Source: Blasia pusilla
Lineage: Eukaryota
Reading direction: 5' to 3'
Length of the DNA stretch: 64,000 nucleotides
NCBI GenBank assembly: GCA_050084515.1
Contig: CM114271.1
Location: 41,602,001-41,666,000 of the forward strand
The notes below the pieces were generated by a model. That model had not been told where the DNA came from and searched no databases. It was given only the letters and a program-made list of their open reading frames with translations. The position numbers were made by a program, and so were the translations under genes. The first letter of the stretch is position 1. Each line of letters opens with the position of its first letter. Of the stretch, positions 39,683 through 52,957 are shown piece by piece.

Positions 39683-42600
39683 TCTTCCCCCCAAAATAGC
39701 CATATCAATAGTAATCTTAGTGCACATGTTATTGGATGACCATTGACTCGGCCGACGAGTCACATGATTGACTAAAACCAAAATAAGGAAGTTTTTAGAG
39801 ACGATGTTTTCCACGCAACAACATGTCGCCAACCTCATCCGACATCTCTAGACAAAGTTACACCCAAAAAACTCGTTGACCCTCTATGTCGTCGATGCGG
39901 TAGAACTCTATATATCGGCTAACTAAGATGTGAAAAATATCGTGAGCATATACATCGCTACATAATCCACATTGCTTGCCATATCTACATACCACAATAA
40001 ATTGATCTTCCCAACACACAGGTCGATCCACTCATAAACAAAATACACTCATGCATATACATCGAGACCACACAACCGCCCCCTAGTTGGCAGTTAGGTC
40101 CTCCCTAACTCCACATAGGAGACATCACATCTACCTAACATGATCTACTACTCCATACCTATCTAGCACCGTTGGTGTTGTCATCCCCGCAACACTCCAA
40201 CATTGTAGCTCCGCCTTGTTGATCCCTCCGAATAGATCTAACATTCTTGCATCCTCCTTCGGACGCTGCCACACAATCGGTGTGGTTTTCAAAGATATCA
40301 AGTCTCCACTCCAAAAGCATGACTGTCACTTGACTCTCTCTTCTCCAAGACACATGCACGGCTCCACGTTTTCCTCACGAGCTCCTCTATAACTCAACGC
40401 TCATACCCAACAATGGTAAAGAGGTATCCATATGGGAAGAGAGATCCATCATGACATGTCTCTCCGTGGGACTATCTGCTAGGGGGATGTCATGTTTATG
40501 TGTGTCCCCTCCAATAACTCTCATGGTCAGCTAACACCACATGTGAATGCTACAAATGTGGTCATTGTATCGTCTCATTGTCGACCACCACTATGCCTTG
40601 TAAACTGCATTTGTAAATGGCTCACTCGTCCATCACCTGATCGTCATCCTAGTCCATAAGTAAAAGTCTCCTCCTAAAAATATAGGATGAAACCAAGAGG
40701 GTACAACACCATACTCCCTACCAACACATCATATGACTGTGCTCGTTTTGTAATCGTTTGGGTGCGCACCATCGCACTATCTTACTCATGAACTCATTGG
40801 ATTGTGACCACTAGCTTTTGTCGAGTCATGTACTATGTGGGTGATACGCCCCCAATAGAGGTCTGTATCTAGAAGGGACAATGCTCAATGTCGCATGTCC
40901 GTAATCCCAATGCCAAACACATCCCCTTCCCCAACAACAAGGACTGCGCTCTTGAATCAAGTAGGATACGTTGCGGTTGATACATTGTGCTTGTCGGACT
41001 AACCAAGCAGAACACTCCAACTTGGTTATCCAACAACACTACACATGGTGTCACTATGGCTCGCTCTATTGATGGCCTAGATGGCATATCTACCAACTTC
41101 ACTGTTGTAGTGTGCCATGACTGAGTGGCGGATATCCCGAGCACATGCTCCAAGGGTAGGTCCACCACCTCCTTGACAACCACCTTCAAACGAGAGGCAA
41201 TCATCTCTCCACGCTCACATAACGTGGCGGCCAATAGGCACACCTTGGCTGGTCCAACTCGTATTGTTGCTATCTGCATTGAAGAAAGCAACGAAGCTTG
41301 GGTCACCCTAGTGGCCACCTCCAACAAAGTGGTCGATACTGGCTCCATCCAAGCCGGCATAGAAGCCATCTCTTGAACTCCTCCTAACGTCAACGCACCT
41401 TCCTGACTTGTTGGTACTACTGGCGGTCTAAGCACCATCGATGGTGTGTGAAGTGCCTCTTACAACATAAAAAAATAGGAAACCCTTGCATGTTGCCCAT
41501 CGGCTTCCTCCTATGGGTCTATCTCCATCCCACCTCTCAATGGCTTGGTCGCTCTTGTAGCACCTCGAGTCACCACCACAGAAGCTTATACTTGAGCCGT
41601 ACTGCACATAAACCTCTAACCTCCAAATCCTCCCCCGTATCGTGATACCACGTGGAGGTTGGAGCCCCACTAGCTACTCTCGGCTCCGCACCTGTCACTA
41701 GCTGCATCATCGTCATGGCAGCAATCCTCTGCTCTAATGGATTGATGAGAGTAAGGAGCGATGTATCGACTACAAATCCTCCTTCTCCTTTGACTGGTGA
41801 TGGAATCCTACCACCACGGTTGTCAACTCCTCGATCTCTTGCCCTCAAGCTTCCGGCCTATCTTTGGACATAGCTCTTGACGAAGATCAAAAAACCTATC
41901 CCTAGTGTGACCATATGGGTGACAATAATCAAACTATAATTGTGGTGGGACCATCCGAGGTGGCTCCTAAGAAATTGGTGGCGCCCTTGGCCCTTTACCA
42001 TGTTGTAGGCAATTCCTTTGCTTATGGGGCCCACCACACATCCAACAAGCCAACACCTGTCGATGTTGGGTAACATATGTCAACACGGGTCGTTGCCTCA
42101 TGGGCTCACAATACTTGTCCTGCTCTCTGGGCCCACCAACCCGCTCCCATGATACTGATCCATGTTGGGGCACCTGTGCAGCTACTCCTACTCGTGGACC
42201 CTTTGAATCTTGTGAAAATCCGTGGTTACCATATTGAGCTCAACCCACTTAAACAACTCGAAGACCACCTTCAATGTGGGCTTTGCCGTGTGAAGCAACA
42301 TTGCATCTTCGACTCTCCTCCATAGCTCCTAATCCAACACCCCATACCAATATTGCACTAATTGTGCCTCAATTACTCCATATAGGGCAATAATCAATCG
42401 TCGCATGTGCATGAACCCCTCTCTCAGACTCTCATCTGATCTTCGCTGAAAATCATGTAGACTCTTCAGCTTGTTGGTTCGCACGGTCATGTGGCTCCTC
42501 CCTAACTGACGAAAAAACTCCACTCTAGGACCAAATTTGGTTGGCCCTCTACCACGAGAGGTCTTTGCCATCTCAACGCCCTCCTTATTACATCATACGC

Positions 42601-44874
42601 CTTGTGGCAACTAGAGGACATATACAATGGAGCCCAATACATCCTCCAAGCAACAATCTCTATTGAGAATGATGCCTGGAGAATATAGAGATTGATAGGA
42701 GTCGGGGTGGTTTCTCACTCAAAACCCCTCAATACCTGACTCCACTCGACGTCACTCCACTATCACTGCTCGCATTACTCTATTCTTCCAAACCCTAGCA
42801 CTCGCTCTACCCGATACCCAACACCCTCAAGGACACGAGACAAGAGCGGGAAAAGGGACTCGAATGGGGAACCTGAACTCGCCCTCCAATAATCTATTGC
42901 ATAGTCAAAATTGACTCCTCCATGTGGTGTGGCAACCTTTGTGGCATGACACTCTCCTTCGAACAACATGTCGACCCTCCCGTCAATATACGCGGACTAC
43001 TCGTCGCAACGGCGCATATAGCTCCATCAAAACCCTTGCGCCCATAGTTGGTGACGTACTACACAGTCGACATCCAATCAAATCGCAATGGCTGACATAC
43101 TCCCCTTGGAACTCCCATATGCGGTAGGCAGAGACCAAGTCTCAAAAATCTCTTCTACTACGTAGCCTTCACTAACCCTGCTAGCTGACTGCCTAGCTCT
43201 CCCACCATGTTTGGTCTTGATATGGTAAGTTTGACTACCACGCATCCTACTCTATGTGTAGCCCGGCCAACTGTGTGTGTTTCGACTCTGTACAAGGCAC
43301 TCACACGTGCTCCAACCTTTCGCTCCTTTTTCCTTCCTCTTTTTTCCCTTTTAGCCTGGTGCCCCTAGTGCACTTCCCTATGTGCCCATATCTCCTTCCA
43401 TGTTAGTAGCGCAATTGCGTTAGCCACTGTCAAGCATCCCTATACACTCTCGTGTCCTCTATTGCGTCTTGTTCTTTCTGCCTTGATGCTCTCAAGCCTT
43501 CTTGGCATCCAAATGCACACTTTTGGCATGGACGCTAGTCTTGTGTGCTTCTGTCAAACCCCTAACCCGATATATGCCCTTCTCCATCATTAATTCCTTC
43601 CAACCTCTCCACTCTCCACTTATCCTGTCAAAACTGGTCTACATTCCTATGCGGTACCTTCCTTCTGTCCATCCTTAAGTGCGATCTATGGCACGAATCA
43701 TTATGGAGCCTGACTTACATCTCCGGGCCCTCCCATCTTTGAGCCACAATGGCTCTCTCCTCCGTCCTAGACCCTATGCAGGTGCGTCCCTCCTGCTAGA
43801 GGCACGCGGCCCTATGTGGATGGGTCTTGCTTGCTCTTCCCTTGCACTTGGCTGCATCACAGCCCTGGCTATCCAACTCCTCGTTGGCGGAGATTCTCCG
43901 CCCACCACCTCTGCTAATCAACACCATCTCACTTTATTATTCCATTCAAGCCTCTTGTCAACCGTAGCTTCTGCCACATGGCCTTAAATGCACTATCTAT
44001 ACAATCGCTCTACGATCATCCGATCATGATCTAACCTAGTTGCATCCGTCATAACCTAGTTTGGCCGCCTTTTACTTGATAGCCCCCTCACAGCTACAAG
44101 CCCTAAATTTCTTGCTTCCTCTCCTTCCCGATACGCGCCACTCATCCGTCGATGATACGCTTTGCGCTTCACCTTAAGCACTCTTGCCTAACCCTTGCTT
44201 CTACTCTACACTAATCTGCTACCAACGAAAAGATGTGAAAACAAGCAATGCTTTCGCACACGACCTTTTGAATAGGAAAATGACAACACACACGCTAACC
44301 AACGTCTCCAGGGGCTCCCCACTAAGGCAACTTACTTGCCTACCTACAACCAACAAATTCCACCTTGACCCATGATATATTTTACTTGTAAGATATGAGT
44401 AAAAATGGCTCACCCGGCCTATAACTCCAATCATTAACCTACATCGGTATATCGAGCCACATCCATCCTCTGCTATGATGGAATCCAGACGCTTACACCC
44501 TAGTTCCTACAAACATAAGCAATAGAGATGCTCTTAAGGCCGAACGTGAGAAAGATGGCTTGGGAAAGCCGAATCTCCCTCTATTATAGCCTTGGGAAGA
44601 ACCAAAAAGGCTCTTCCTCCAAAACTAGCCATCCCAACTGTAACCTTCGTGCATAGGTTAGCGAGTGACCGTTTACTTGGTCAAGGGGTCACATGACTGG
44701 CTAAGAAAAAAATAGGAAAATCTTGAGAGATGATGTTTCCGATGCAACAGGCTTGTCGCCAGCCTCATCCAACATCTCAAGACGAAGTTACACCCGAACA
44801 ACCCATTGACCAATTTGACCCTCTATGTTGTCCACCTAGTGGAACTCTACTTATCGGCTAACTAAGATGTGACA
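39683..44874 (-). mobile_element. Ty3/gypsy element with gag, zinc knuckle and aspartic protease between LTR-like direct repeats; RT and integrase absent
   Basis: Gag-like KLKSLHDFQRRSDESLREGFMHMRRLI (42329-42571), knuckle CWMCGGPHKQRNC (about 42000-42045), protease ILLDSRAQSLLLGKGMCLALGLRTCDIEHCPF*IQTSIGG (about 40850-40970). Direct repeats 39683-39933 and 44612-44874; the latter starts TGTCACA on the minus strand. PBS-like TGGTAGCAGA at 44215-44224. Confidence 0.8.
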
Positions 44875-45199
44875 TAGCCTTCCTAGTGAGGCTCCTCATA
44901 TATTCTTGCTACACTAAAAAAAAATACCATGATACTTCATACTTTGTGCAAGGGTAGCTCTCAACTATCCTAAGCTTTTGCATATATGGATGAAAAAACT
45001 ATATCATTACTAGTTCTAAATTCTAGTGAGAACATATGCATGAAACACTTGCTTTGTTGACGAGGTTGTTTTTGGGATAGTTAAAGTTTGGAATCTCTTG
45101 GTTGTGTCCATATATATCTTGGAACCTAGAAAAAGACTTTGATAATTATTCAAATCCATTTTATAATATCTATAGATAAAGTCACCATTATTATAGATC

Positions 45200-48100
45200 G
45201 AAATCATGTCGTAATTAAAATAATGGTCCACCAAAAAATATTTACTTATGGAAAAAATTGAAAATATCATGATAAACTTACGAGCATGGCTTTAATTTTC
45301 TAATTATATTATAATCCAAAGTTATTGTCATATCAACATTGCAATTTATTTCACATCCATTCTTATCTCCATAACTAAGATAAAAGATAAAAGTAGGAGT
45401 CTCTAACACTTGCTTAATAGTTGGAAAATCTAGTAACCACTATCCTAGCAATTGCAACCTTATGGGTCGCACTGGACTTGGTTGATATCGATAAGAGGTA
45501 TCATTATATCTTCAAAAAATTAGAAACAATATTTAACGATGCCACAACTCTCACAAGGTAGCAACCAACCAAGATAAGTAATTGGATTGGACCCACGTCT
45601 AACATCACCATATCTATGGTTAAAAATAAAACCACTTGGCATATTGATGTCACCTCCTGCAAGAAAATAATCAATTTGAGATCATTTCTTATTTTGAAGG
45701 ATCCATTGGTATCCTAAAAAATATGAATGACAAACTCACTACTCCACTTGGTGCACCACCCCATATATCCATCATTCCAACCTCACAAGACCTGCTTGAG
45801 CAAAACCCATCGAAGGGATCCTTGTCGCATCCAACAACATGAAATATTTTGATATCCTATTCTACCCACTATTATTTTCTATCTATGGTTTTGATCCCAC
45901 ATTAGCACCCATATGTTATAATGATACTCAAGTGTATATGCAAAACATTATGCAGGAAACCAAGACTAGAAAATCCATTTTCTACATTTGGAAATCATGT
46001 TTTACTACCATCAATCCATGAATTAAAAATAACATTGATGATTTTTACGATGCCTCTCCTTCTCTACCAACTCTATACAAACTCTCACATCAACGTCAAC
46101 TAAAACTAGTTATGACTAGGCAGTGGACATTGGCAACCACCACCATGACCTCCTTACGATATTCTATCTTGTTATATATTACGATACAGTTCTCCACAAA
46201 ATGCATCCAATCTACTGAGACTCCAACCATGTATATCTCTGGATGAAAATCAAAATATCTCTCATAAGTGTGCTCTTATCGCTAGCAACAAGTTCATTGC
46301 ATGGAATTGCCCAATATAGCCTGAACATCAGCCCAACCAAATATCCTAACTTGCTACTATCGACACTCCCTATATTGTTAAGGGCCCCCACAAGTACAGC
46401 ATTTTAACTTAAACTCAACATCTTCACGAAAGACCTTAATAAATCTCATCCCTATTTGCTTATGTGGGTCACCTTTGCCACTCGACGCATCCCCTTTGAA
46501 CATCCCTCTTGATACTCATTATGGCATTCCTAAACTCATGTCTACCATACCTCATATTGCATCCCTTATAAACCCCACAAAAAGAATCCTCTTGTAGCAT
46601 GTGTGGAACTCAATTATCTCAGACAATGAAATCCCATAGTTTAGTGTCAAATCCTCTAGAAGGATTTCCAAGGCACAATTATCGATTAGGTTGCCTCTAA
46701 AACTCTTGATCAAGTTCCCTATGCTAGTACTATGATTTTCTTATTCCTCTATCTGTCTAAACGTGGTCTCCACCAAAAAATTAATCTAGGTGTGAGCATC
46801 TAGAAGGCTGTCCCACCATCTTTAATGAAACTTGTGCGACTTTGGATCCTAAAGTTCCTCTATTTGTATCCCCTAGTAGGTATTTTCAATGCCTAGAAGA
46901 ACTTAAACCTTGGGTTGAATAGAGTCCATACGAAATTCCTCCATGATCTATTGGCATTTCCAACTTTGCTTGACTTGCAATATACAGTGGATATGTCTTG
47001 GTTATCTTGGTCATATTCTATTACATTAGAGAAATAGCTAGGATCCTAATACCATCGGCCTCCAAGCTTAAATTTGAATCACGTGGCACTTCTTCGACTC
47101 ATTATAGTTGGAAATCCATGCCTTCTCTAGATGAAAAAACAAACATGTCCATACCATAAAGGGTAATATAACTAGTGGGACAATGCCATCACGACCTTGC
47201 AGGCCATAGGTAAAATTATTAAATAAAGTTAAGAAATCTGATTGCATCAATCATTATTGAAAACCATACACGTCATTAGCATAATTTTTAATAGCATGGT
47301 GAATCCATAATTCTAATACTCAAAATAAATCTCTCGAATCATCATCAACCTTCTCCTCAAGTACCAAATTTGGAGAGAACGATCGAAACCATGTTCCACT
47401 TTGTGTGTCACTACTAATATCATCACTCACCTTAGAACTATAAGACAATACGAAAAATAATAAGTTAATGCCTCAAATGCAATTACTATATATCACACTC
47501 ATATGTAAACTTAAAATCACCAATAACAACATTCAACCCTATATTGGAGCATAATATAAATCGATCAATTTCCTAATTGGCTTACACCAAGCCCATGTAT
47601 CTGCCATATTAATGGGGATATATCATCCAAATAGCTTATATTAAGCCTGCATGAAACACTTTATTGGGATGTGATACCTTTCTCATACTTAGACATATCC
47701 ATCATAATTGCATATACACCATGCCTTAGAAACAATTAAACCAAACCACTTGCCTATACCAATTACAACACAAATAATTGTGTCCAACGCTATCAATTTA
47801 ATCATCACAACCACTTTTATAAGATTACCGTACATATAACACTCATTTGAAACATCAACCCAACCATTGGATATCATATCACATGCCTTGTCAAATGCAC
47901 ACAACAAACTTCTTTGTTTATATGTATGGTATCCTTAACCACAAAAATACTACCTTACATCATAACAAGATTTCGACATTATTACTACAAATCATGGGTA
48001 GGGAAAACTACTACTACACTAATATTTATTCCAAAACCACATTTCCTCTTATCTTACTCTCACCCTTCTTTTCACTAGTATTTTAATGTTATTGCATTCT

Positions 48101-48400
48101 ACAACTTGTATCCTACTCTACTAACATAAACATAACTATCCTTTGTCCAACCTTACACATGCTTACGCAACCAACCTTAATGCCGTGCACAAATCTCGAC
48201 CTCCACGTTTGCAAGCTAGCCCGTGTTACTTTATACTTTGCATTATGCCTAAACATCCTATATGCATTCTCATAATCATAGCTTCAGACTTGCTAACTGA
48301 TAGATCTTGACATTTCACTTCATTTAAAGTCACCCCGTTCTCTGATAATATCTATTTAAGTTTAGGGTGTAGCCTTTTTCCATGATGTTTATTTTAACTA
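45200..48400 (-). mobile_element. Heavily decayed Ty3/gypsy gag-pol remnants
   Basis: Minus-strand traces such as GIPMDPSK (RT thumb, about 45690-45715) and RT/integrase-like segments with dense stops; AT-rich and CpG-poor. Confidence 0.45.
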
Positions 48401-49032
48401 TCTATCCTTTTGTTGTTAGTAGCTACTCATGGCTCAAACATGAATTTTAGGCAAGAGAAGTTACACATCACATATATATCTCCTTCTAATTAGCGCCATA
48501 GATATATTAAATTTCCTTTAACATATCTCACTATATAACGACACCTTGATTCAATCCTTTGCAAGCCCATAATCATTCTCATGCACTTAGCTGATACCTC
48601 CCTTAATTAGCATGTGTAAATATATCTATGGAGCCCATAAAGTTGGACATATACACTATCCCCAAAATTATATAATGCCTCTAGTAAAAAGTAAATTTGA
48701 ATTTAGCATGGAACTCATACATAAGTTTAGCAAATTTGGATTGTGTTATTCAATACTACCATACCTCTTTGTTGCTTGTCAACCCCCTAGATATCATTTT
48801 GTTACCTCGACTCACGCCCTTAAAAGTTGTACCTCTATCCTCTACATGCATATGCATTTCCAATTATAGCCACATTAAGATAAATTCCTACACACCATAA
48901 TAAATGCTTGTTCAACGTATCTCTTGAATCCATCCCTACCTAGAATAGTTGTCATGAATTATACTTCAATTCCTTCTTGTACCTACCCCTCTTAATAAAC
49001 ATGACCTTCAACTCTTTGTACTAGTTTGGATT

Positions 49033-49046
49033 TATATATATATATA

Positions 49047-49100
<54 letters not shown>
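49033..49100. repeat. (TA)n microsatellite, one interruption
   Basis: TA run with a short T interruption near 49051. Confidence 0.98.
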
Positions 49101-49103
<3 letters not shown>

Positions 49104-49449
49104 AAGCTTCATTCTTCCTTCAATACATTTATCGATGCTACTCTACTCAATACGTCTTGTACATGATCTTCTTATTGAACACAATATAATGTTGCCTTAT
49201 CAATTGGGTTTAATCTTCCGCTTAGCCACACGATTTTATTCTAGAATGTAGCATTAAGTGACTTCTTGTTGGAAGAGATTTTGATATGAGTAATCATCAA
49301 ACTTAATTGAGAGGTAATCTCCTCCTCCATCATCATGGAATTTAAGAATGTGTTTTCTAATCTTCTCCTCTATCAAGTTTGTGAATATTCGCAACATGAA
49401 GAATACTTCTAACTTTGAGTTGGGAAATTAATTAAAGCATATCTCGAAA

Positions 49450-49620
49450 ATCTCACATCTTTCCTTGAGTGTTAAGAAAGACTCATCTTTAGCCTAGTAT
49501 AATTGGATAATTGCAAAATTTAATTACCATGTCATAAAATGAAGAAGAAAAAAGTGTTTGAAGATTCATATGCCCAAACTTGCCATGCCACACATTAAGA
49601 TATGAAACTTATTAGACAAT
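49450..49620 (-). mobile_element. Copia GAG-pre-integrase remnant
   Basis: Minus strand encodes LNVWHGKFGHMNLQ; aagattcatatg.ccaa...atgccacacatt matches 25392-25428 of the copia element. Confidence 0.6.
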
Positions 49621-51287
49621 CATACCATAAATTTATATTTGAATCTCTAATATAAAGGCATCCAGTTTGAATTTTCTCAAGATTCGGTTTATTTTGCTGT
49701 CACAGTAGGATGGATTAATTCTTCAGTGAAAAAATCAGATGTACCGAACTTCACGTGATAGATTTTTTTAACCATGTATCACATAGAAATAATATTGCTT
49801 ACAATAGTTGAAATATAGAAAATATTTATAAAAGCATAAATCTCTTTTGATGCTATAGATACTTTATCTGTATGAGTGATATGATGTTTCATATCGTCTC
49901 TAATGATAATTATTTCAATTTTTTATAGATTCAATACGATTAGAAATTTTAGTTTGAAAGCGATATGATTTGACGCACAAGATTTATGTATTGATCACTT
50001 TTAGAATCTTTCTTGAAAGTTGGTTCTATATGACAAATCATAGCTACTAAATGCTTAATGGTTGAATGTTGTAGTTTTAAGGCATTACACTTAATGTTAT
50101 TATTCAACATAACCTTATTGTTGAGAGCCTCAAACTCTTATATACATATCCTGCTTAGAGAAAAACCTTACATAATGACCTTTCATTATATAATAATTAT
50201 AAGATCCATGGATTCTTCATAGCTGATCTTAGCCCTAATAATTTCCACCACCATGAATTTATGATTTTGTTTGGTACTATCACAATAGAATTTGCAAAAA
50301 TACATTGATCATGACATCTTCTTCCTCAATGTCCTTCATTTCTACAAACATTATAGAAGCCTCTATCAAGACCTCTATCTCTATTTCAAGAAATATAAAT
50401 AAATATAGCTTTCTCCTGCATCTTGCATAGATTACCAATACTAATTATATACGCTCATTGATTGACAATAAGACTACTTCTTGAAAGATAAAATAATTCT
50501 CTCTTTTTAAGATACAAGTTCAAAGGACTTTTACTCTTATGGAAGACCTTAAAGAGTGAAAAATTCAAATTATTATCTCATATAATCAATGCAGTACTAC
50601 TCAATTGATCAACAACGCGTTTAATATTATCATATCTTTTAGGATGGATCAACGAGTATCCCTATAGCACCTCCGAGGAGATTGGTGGAAAACCTTCAGA
50701 GATCGAAAATGATCTATTGAGGCCTTGTGCAACTGGATAGACCATATGTGTTGGCTCGTATTATAGGTATATTGAGTATTTCAACATATATTGGATTCTC
50801 AACATCCACTTCTTATTGTGCATTATTTATTTGATTGGTCCCCTTATATAAAGAGAAACCGAGATTGATGATTCTCACTTAGAAATTAAAGGAGTCATAA
50901 TAATATGACATAGGTGACTTATGGAATAGCATTATTAGAATAATCTAACCCTATATGAAATCAACATGCGGGGAAATTATGGTTATTAATAAAAATAGAT
51001 AAAAATAGGCATGGAGCTACAATAGTAGTGTATTATCAAATGTTGAGTTATCTCCATGTTTAAGTTCCATCGAAGCTCTAGAATGAGCGTACGGACAAAC
51101 TAGGCCATTTTGCATCTTCGAGATTGAAAATAGATTCTAATGATTTAATCATATTTTGTATTCTCATAAATCATCCTGGTAATCGTATGTCATAATTGAG
51201 TATGGTATCTTATGTTTATGTGCTTGTAGTGAGCGACAATAATGTTTGTTGTACAGCAATGTGCATGTGTATAATATTACTCAAATA

Positions 51288-51618
51288 AGATTGCATATGG
51301 ATAAAGTTCGTGTCTGTGGATATGTCCATTTTCGTGTACTTGCATGCATCTTATGGAAGGACTTATGCATATGAGCCCAACCTTCCCTTTTCCCATTCCT
51401 CCCACTTGCCTATTGCGTTCCATACTTTTGTTGTTTCTTCCTCCTTCCACCCCCACTTCCTCCCCCCTTATTTCCCCACTCGTCCTTTGGCTACCTTCTA
51501 TCATGAACTATTAGTATGGGGCTTACCTCCTGCAATCCATGTTCGTGGATACATCCAGACTTGCATGTCCATCCATGTCACTCGTAGGGATGGACTTGCC
51601 TGTTTTTATACAACCATG
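51288..51618. mobile_element. MITE-like dispersed repeat, copy 2 of 3
   Basis: Colinear similarity to 35605-35913. Confidence 0.75.
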
Positions 51619-52862
51619 TACTCAAAATATAACCATTGATGTTTTACGATATTTTCTTCATTTTATTCACTTGTTATTTTAATTGAAGCATCATAGCCTT
51701 TCTACCAGTTTCTGGATGTCTAAAATATTTTTTAATAAATTCTAAACCTCCATCAAGAAAACAACATTTTGAATGGTACCACTAGTTTAATGGAAACAAT
51801 TAGATTAAGATGGTATGGATTACATGGCCAACTCATTTTTTCATCCAAAATCGTAGAGGTCTTTTATGTCACGTGTTGGCTTGGCCTCATTACATATCAC
51901 TACAAGCATTCATAGTTCTTATCGTATAAGAAATTGCTTCCAATGAGACTTCAAAACATTGTAGTTTTACTTGTCAAATTTCTCATATTACATTTTTATA
52001 AGGAATATTATAGTAAGGCTAGTTTTACTCATAAATTGTAATTTAAGGATACACAATTCTTTTATTGAAGCAGAAACCGGTATCTCAAAGAAATTGACCT
52101 AAAATTGGCCAAAATTGAGCAATTGTGTGGAGAAATAGGTCAAAAGTGGCTTGAAAAGAGCAAATTATGACTTTTCTTCACAAATCTCTTGAACCCTAAT
52201 TTATTTGAGGCAACATATATGGTTAAAATAAATTTGGAGAACCAAACCTGGTGAAGTTAATTGAATTCATCGAGTATTTTCATAATCACATTTATTATTC
52301 CCACACATGCTGATCGTTCAAGGTTGTCCCATATCCATTCGAACTAATCTACCATTCAAATCCATACAATCCACATCATAGGAGGGTTATGCAATGCCTC
52401 CAAAGAGATCAATCCTTTACGAGTTATATAAATGCATATATTTGAGTTCCCAGGTTCTTTCACTTTTAACACTTTAATAGTAATCCTCCGTTGTTACTTG
52501 TTGATTGCTTATAGTTTCCATTCTATGCCCACAAGAAATAACCAATTGATTTTTACTCATGTTCTAATTGTCTGGTCTTCAATTTATCAGCATTGGATAA
52601 AGAGATGCAAACCACAATATCTCTATTCCTAATATGTTATCTTACCATACCCTTGAAATTGGATTGCCTTAAAAATCGATATGCACATCCAATCCAATCG
52701 TGGATATAATGTGAGAAAATAATATGCGAGGAAATCACTTAAATTTGCTACAAATCTTGGAGATACAAAGTGGCCTAGTACGTCCGTGCGCTCACGTCAA
52801 AGCTTCGATGAAACGTAAACATTGAGATAACTCGACATACAAGAATGTGCTATCGCCGCGGC

Positions 52863-52957
52863 TCTTGAGTATTCGAATACTCAAGAAACTAGGGTTTTTT
52901 AATAACCCTATATTGCATCAGAGTGTCTTGATGCAATATAGTGTTTGATAATCCTAG
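52863..52957. repeat. Cluster of three palindromes/hairpins followed by CTAG
   Basis: 24-bp perfect palindrome 52863-52886; tagggtt/aacccta 52890-52910; 13-bp arms 52908-52920 and 52929-52941; CTAG at 52954-52957. Confidence 0.85.
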
